From Vulcanimicrobiota bacterium (GTDB lineage Bacteria; Vulcanimicrobiota; Vulcanimicrobiia; Vulcanimicrobiales; Vulcanimicrobiaceae): a stretch of DNA of 64,000 bases. The number at the start of each line of letters is the position of its first letter. Positions within the stretch are counted from its first letter, which is position 1. The translations under genes were made by a program, and so were the position numbers. The notes below the pieces were generated by a model. That model had not been told where the DNA came from and did not search any database. It saw only the letters and a program-made list of their open reading frames with translations. Positions 60,782 through 64,000 of this stretch are shown here, in pieces. The stretch covers positions 416,001-480,000 of the forward strand of contig CAVZQC010000002.1 in the NCBI GenBank assembly GCA_963777315.1, given 5' to 3'.

Positions 60782-61132
60782 CTACGCGGGCGTCCCGCTG
60801 TCTTGCTTCGATGACGCCGCGGGCTTGTGCTCGAGCGCTTCATCGAGCGTTTCAAAAACCGTAAAGCGCTCCTCCAACCCGGCAATCTCCAGCAAATGCC
60901 GCTGAAACGGGTCGGGCACGACCAGCAGGGGTTCGGCCAGCCCGCGAGTGCTTCGCAGGTTGGCCAACCGGACCAGCGCACCCAAAAAAGATGCGTCGAA
61001 ATAGCGCACGGCTTCCAGGTTGACGATGGCGCACTCTGCTTCGTCCGCGGCAGCGAGTTCCGCGGCGGCCTGCTTTGCCTTGTAAACGTCAAACTCGCCG
61101 TCGAGGTTAACGACGGACGGCGGAATGTCCAT
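60782..61132 (-). CDS. STAS domain protein
   Basis: LDGEFDV, VNLEAVRYFDASFLG, LEIAGL..F. Confidence 0.85.
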   Translation of the reverse strand: MDIPPSVVNLDGEFDVYKAKQAAAELAAADEAECAIVNLEAVRYFDASFLGALVRLANLRSTRGLAEPLLVVPDPFQRHLLEIAGLEERFTVFETLDEALEHKPAASSKQDSGTPA

Positions 61133-61279
61133 GATTCATTATATCATCGGCGGCCAAGATTGGTTGCACAGCGAGCAGTTGACGGTCTCTGGACTTTGCG
61201 CCGGTATCGTTGCCCCATGGGGCTCTATCCATCTCCAATCCGGGAAACCGTTGCCGATGCGGCGCAGTATTCCGGTGCG

Positions 61280-61957
61280 ATGCGCATCTTGATCGTCGAA
61301 GACGACCGGGACATCTCCCAGCCTTTGGCCGGAGATTTGCGTCGCCAGCGCCACGTCGTCGACGTCGCAGAGGACGGCCCCGCGGGCTTGGCCTACGGTG
61401 AAAGCAGCGTGTACGACGTCGTCCTGCTCGACGTGATGCTGCCCGGAATGGACGGTTTGGAGATTTGCCGCCGCCTGCGTTGCGCGAAAATCGATTCGAT
61501 GATTCTGATGCTGACGGCCAGGGACACGGTCGAGGACAAAGTCAGGGCGTTGGACGCGGGCGCGGACGACTATCTGGTCAAGCCCTTCGATCTGTCGGAG
61601 CTTTCGGCCCGAGTCCGGGCACTGGGACGGCGCGCCGCCGAGGATCGCGATCCCGTCATCGAGCAGGCCGGCCTGAGGCTCGATCCGCGCAAACGGTCGG
61701 TAACCTTCGCAGGCCAAGCCGTGGCGCTCACTCCAACCGAGTTTGCGATCCTCGAAACCCTCATGCGCAATCCGTCGCAAATTTTCACCCGGTCGATGCT
61801 GCTCGACAAAGTTGCGTCGTTCGACAGCAACACCGCGGACAGCGCCATAAAAACGCACATAACGAACATCAGGCGCAAAGTCCGCGCCGCCGGCGCCCGG
61901 CGCGACGTCGTGGCGAACGTCTATGGCGCCGGCTACCGGCTCGCAGCGGCGAACTAG
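61280..61957 (+). CDS. OmpR-family response regulator
   Basis: ILIVEDD, LLDVMLPGMDG, GADDYLVKPF, LTPTEF, VYGAGY. Confidence 0.95.
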   Translation: MRILIVEDDRDISQPLAGDLRRQRHVVDVAEDGPAGLAYGESSVYDVVLLDVMLPGMDGLEICRRLRCAKIDSMILMLTARDTVEDKVRALDAGADDYLVKPFDLSELSARVRALGRRAAEDRDPVIEQAGLRLDPRKRSVTFAGQAVALTPTEFAILETLMRNPSQIFTRSMLLDKVASFDSNTADSAIKTHITNIRRKVRAAGARRDVVANVYGAGYRLAAAN

Positions 61958-63215
61958 CCGGGAAACGGCGGTCCCGCGCGGCCTGGAGCGCCGCCTTTTC
62001 GTTTCGTACTTTTTGGTTTTCGCGCTGCTGCTGCTGGGGTTCACGCTCGCCATCCATTTTTCGTTCGACTCGAGCCTGGAATCCCAGATGGCCGCGCGGC
62101 TGGAGATACTGCTGTCGGTCGGGGCGCGCAGCGTACGCATCGAAGGCGGCAATCCCGTCGCGATCAAACATAGTCTGTCGGCGACGGCGCTGCTCGCCCG
62201 CGGCGAAGGGCTGCAATGGTTCGACCGCAGCGGAAGTTTGGTCGGGTCCGAAGGCCTGGTTCCGGCGCAAAAGCGTCTGACCACGTTTTCTGAAGCATTC
62301 TATCAAGTCAGTGCGGCGCAAGTGTTGCGAACGCGCACGAAAGAGCTGATCGATCCGCGCACGGGCGCCGTCGTCGGTTGGGTTCGAGCAGCACAGGACG
62401 TCGGACAGATCCGCAGCGATGCGTGGCACTTGGACGTGATACTCATCATCGGCGGCCTGTTCACGCTGGCTGCGAGCGCGCTGGGCGGCAGGTACCTTCA
62501 GGTCGGATCCGTCAGACCGATTCGCACCAGCTACGAACGGCTGCAGGAGTTCAGCGCAAATGCTTCACACGAACTGCGCGGCCCCATCACGGTGATGAAC
62601 AGCAATGCCGATGCGGCCTTGCGCGACGACGCCGGAATGCGGACGGCCGATCGCGATCGGTTCGCGGCGATATCGCAGGCGGCAAAACAGATGCGCCGCC
62701 TGACCGACGATCTGCTCTTGCTGGCTCGAGCCGATCGCTCGATCGAACGCGAGCTGTTCGTCGTCGATCTTGCGAGTTTGATCGACACCGTCGTTCGGCT
62801 CTACCGGCCGGCTTTCGATAAGCAAAACGTCCTGCTCGCGAGCCGCACGCAAAGCGGCATCCGGGCATACGGGAACCCGGACCAAATCGAGCGCATCATC
62901 GGCAATCTGCTCGAGAACGCGTTGCGCTACACGCCGGTAGGGGGCAGCGTGGAGGTCCAGGCCTCCCAAGACCGCAGGGGCGTGAGCGTACGCGTACGCG
63001 ATACGGGCATAGGAATCGACAAAGATCAACTGGACCGCATATTCGATCGGTTCTGGCGGGTTCAAACCGCGCGGCACCGCGCGGACGGAACCGGACTGGG
63101 ACTGCCGATCGCGCGCGCTTTGGCGCGCAGGCACGGCGGCGACGTAACCGTATCGAGCCGGTTAGGTCATGGCAGCGAATTCATCGTGACGTTTCCCGAC
63201 AGGCCGCCGACCTAG
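61923..63215 (+). CDS. Sensor histidine kinase
   Basis: Two TMs; ASHELRGP, NLLENA, DTGIG, GTGLGL. Confidence 0.93.
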   Translation: MAPATGSQRRTSRETAVPRGLERRLFVSYFLVFALLLLGFTLAIHFSFDSSLESQMAARLEILLSVGARSVRIEGGNPVAIKHSLSATALLARGEGLQWFDRSGSLVGSEGLVPAQKRLTTFSEAFYQVSAAQVLRTRTKELIDPRTGAVVGWVRAAQDVGQIRSDAWHLDVILIIGGLFTLAASALGGRYLQVGSVRPIRTSYERLQEFSANASHELRGPITVMNSNADAALRDDAGMRTADRDRFAAISQAAKQMRRLTDDLLLLARADRSIERELFVVDLASLIDTVVRLYRPAFDKQNVLLASRTQSGIRAYGNPDQIERIIGNLLENALRYTPVGGSVEVQASQDRRGVSVRVRDTGIGIDKDQLDRIFDRFWRVQTARHRADGTGLGLPIARALARRHGGDVTVSSRLGHGSEFIVTFPDRPPT

Positions 63216-63241
63216 TGTCCCGAGCCTCCCGAGCGGGACAG

Positions 63242-63685
63242 TTATTTCGTGATGTGTATGCCGTTCGGGCAGTAGGCCATGTGCACGGCGTGCGGCACGT
63301 AGTACGCGTGAACGTCATAGTGCGGAATGGGATAGCCTTCATGGCCGTGCGGTTCGAATTCGACGTCGACGTGATCGATCTGATAGCCCGGCAGCGGCTT
63401 GAGCATGTCTTCAAAGCTTTTTCCCTGCACGAAATCCTGTTGATCGATCATGATTTCGGTGAACACCGGCTTGCCGTTATAGGTGCCGTATATCGGCCCG
63501 ACCGGCAGATCCTTTGGGTTGGCCCAGTGATCGCCCATGCCGGCGACGCACGGCGAAACCAGCACGGCGTCGGCGGGTATTCCCGCCGGATGCACTTTGG
63601 GCTGCGGCGGCAATTGCATCGGTGCAGCGGCGCCGGCCAGACACGCCGACAGAAAAAGTGCCGCCGTAATAACGATTCGTTTCAT
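63242..63685 (-). CDS. Secreted His-rich DUF5602/TTHB210-like protein
   Basis: SD AAAGGA; signal peptide; CVAGMGDHW, DHVD, PHGHEGY..PHYDVH. Confidence 0.7.
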   Translation of the reverse strand: MKRIVITAALFLSACLAGAAAPMQLPPQPKVHPAGIPADAVLVSPCVAGMGDHWANPKDLPVGPIYGTYNGKPVFTEIMIDQQDFVQGKSFEDMLKPLPGYQIDHVDVEFEPHGHEGYPIPHYDVHAYYVPHAVHMAYCPNGIHITK

Positions 63686-63806
63686 ACATGTTCCTTTTTC
63701 GGTAGTCACCGGTTGGAGAACCGAGCGGCTCGGTTTTCAAGTACGCCGGTCGTACCCCTTTCAGCTCAGACGACATATCGAGCGGAGCGCAGTATTTTAA
63801 TCCAAA

Positions 63807-63829
63807 ACCAAGCACCTGCTTGGTAGAAT
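63807..63829 (+). promoter_or_regulatory. Palindromic operator abutting an extended -10
   Basis: ACCAAGCA-CC-TGCTTGGT overlapping TGn-TAGAAT. Confidence 0.55.
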
Positions 63830-63896
63830 TTCGCGGCGGTCCTCGTCTGCTCACCGGAGAAGTCGATACCATGCGCGAGGAGTGCGTTCAAGCGCG

Positions 63897-64000
63897 ATGA
63901 CCACGTTGCTTCTTCGCAAGGCGGCATTTTTGGCAACGTTCGACGACGCGGGCTGCACCTACCAAGACGCTGCCGTCCTCATTCGCGACAACGTCATCGA
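63897..64000 (+). CDS. Amidohydrolase N-terminus (8-oxoguanine/SAH deaminase-like), truncated by window
   Basis: MTTLLLRKAAFLATFDDAG...DAAVLIRDNVI; upstream GAGGAG. Confidence 0.55.
   Translation, partial: MTTLLLRKAAFLATFDDAGCTYQDAAVLIRDNVI

Noticed and set aside
1..64000. Many long overlapping or antisense ORFs in the track (e.g. 15921-17912 -, 14053-15924 +)
   Set aside because: Shadow frames typical of GC-rich DNA; no motifs, and they overlap well-supported genes

Overview
GC-rich bacterial chromosomal window. The gene style (long TonB-dependent receptor with partner lipoprotein, STAS proteins, Firmicute-like L27) suggests Ca. Eremiobacterota/Vulcanimicrobiota; this is inference only. 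1-8.3 kb: non-phosphorylative L-fucose-type catabolic operon with an ABC transporter. 8.2-28 kb: glycan-degradation locus (SGNH esterase, GH33, GH35, an uncharacterised GH-D-like enzyme, MFS porter, GH20, GH92-YVTN fusion, lipoprotein plus TonB receptor, GH5, CutC), which matches the linkages of a complex N-glycan. 29.3-36.9 kb: A-B-A'-B' operon of two large signal-less DUF11-repeat paralogues, each followed by a small TM+HEAT-like protein. 37.8-39.9 kb: AT-richer island with orphan genes and an internally deleted IS3 element. 39.9-54.8 kb: housekeeping genes (mrdA, mreD, mreC, maf, nadD, obg, rpmA, fabF, rnc, smc, purH), with apparent CTG/ATT starts and a long L27. 55.9-56.3 kb: a unit absent from the ORF track, made of an ECF-type promoter, a 55-aa ORF and a multi-hairpin 3' RNA with C-rich CUCCAC loops. 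The rest: AKR, lipid kinase, signal-less PstS-like protein, two STAS proteins, Na+/H+ antiporter, two-component system, His-rich secreted protein. Four genes carry single-base insertions, probably sequencing errors. No rRNA, tRNA or CRISPR seen. All family calls come from motif recognition, not database searches.
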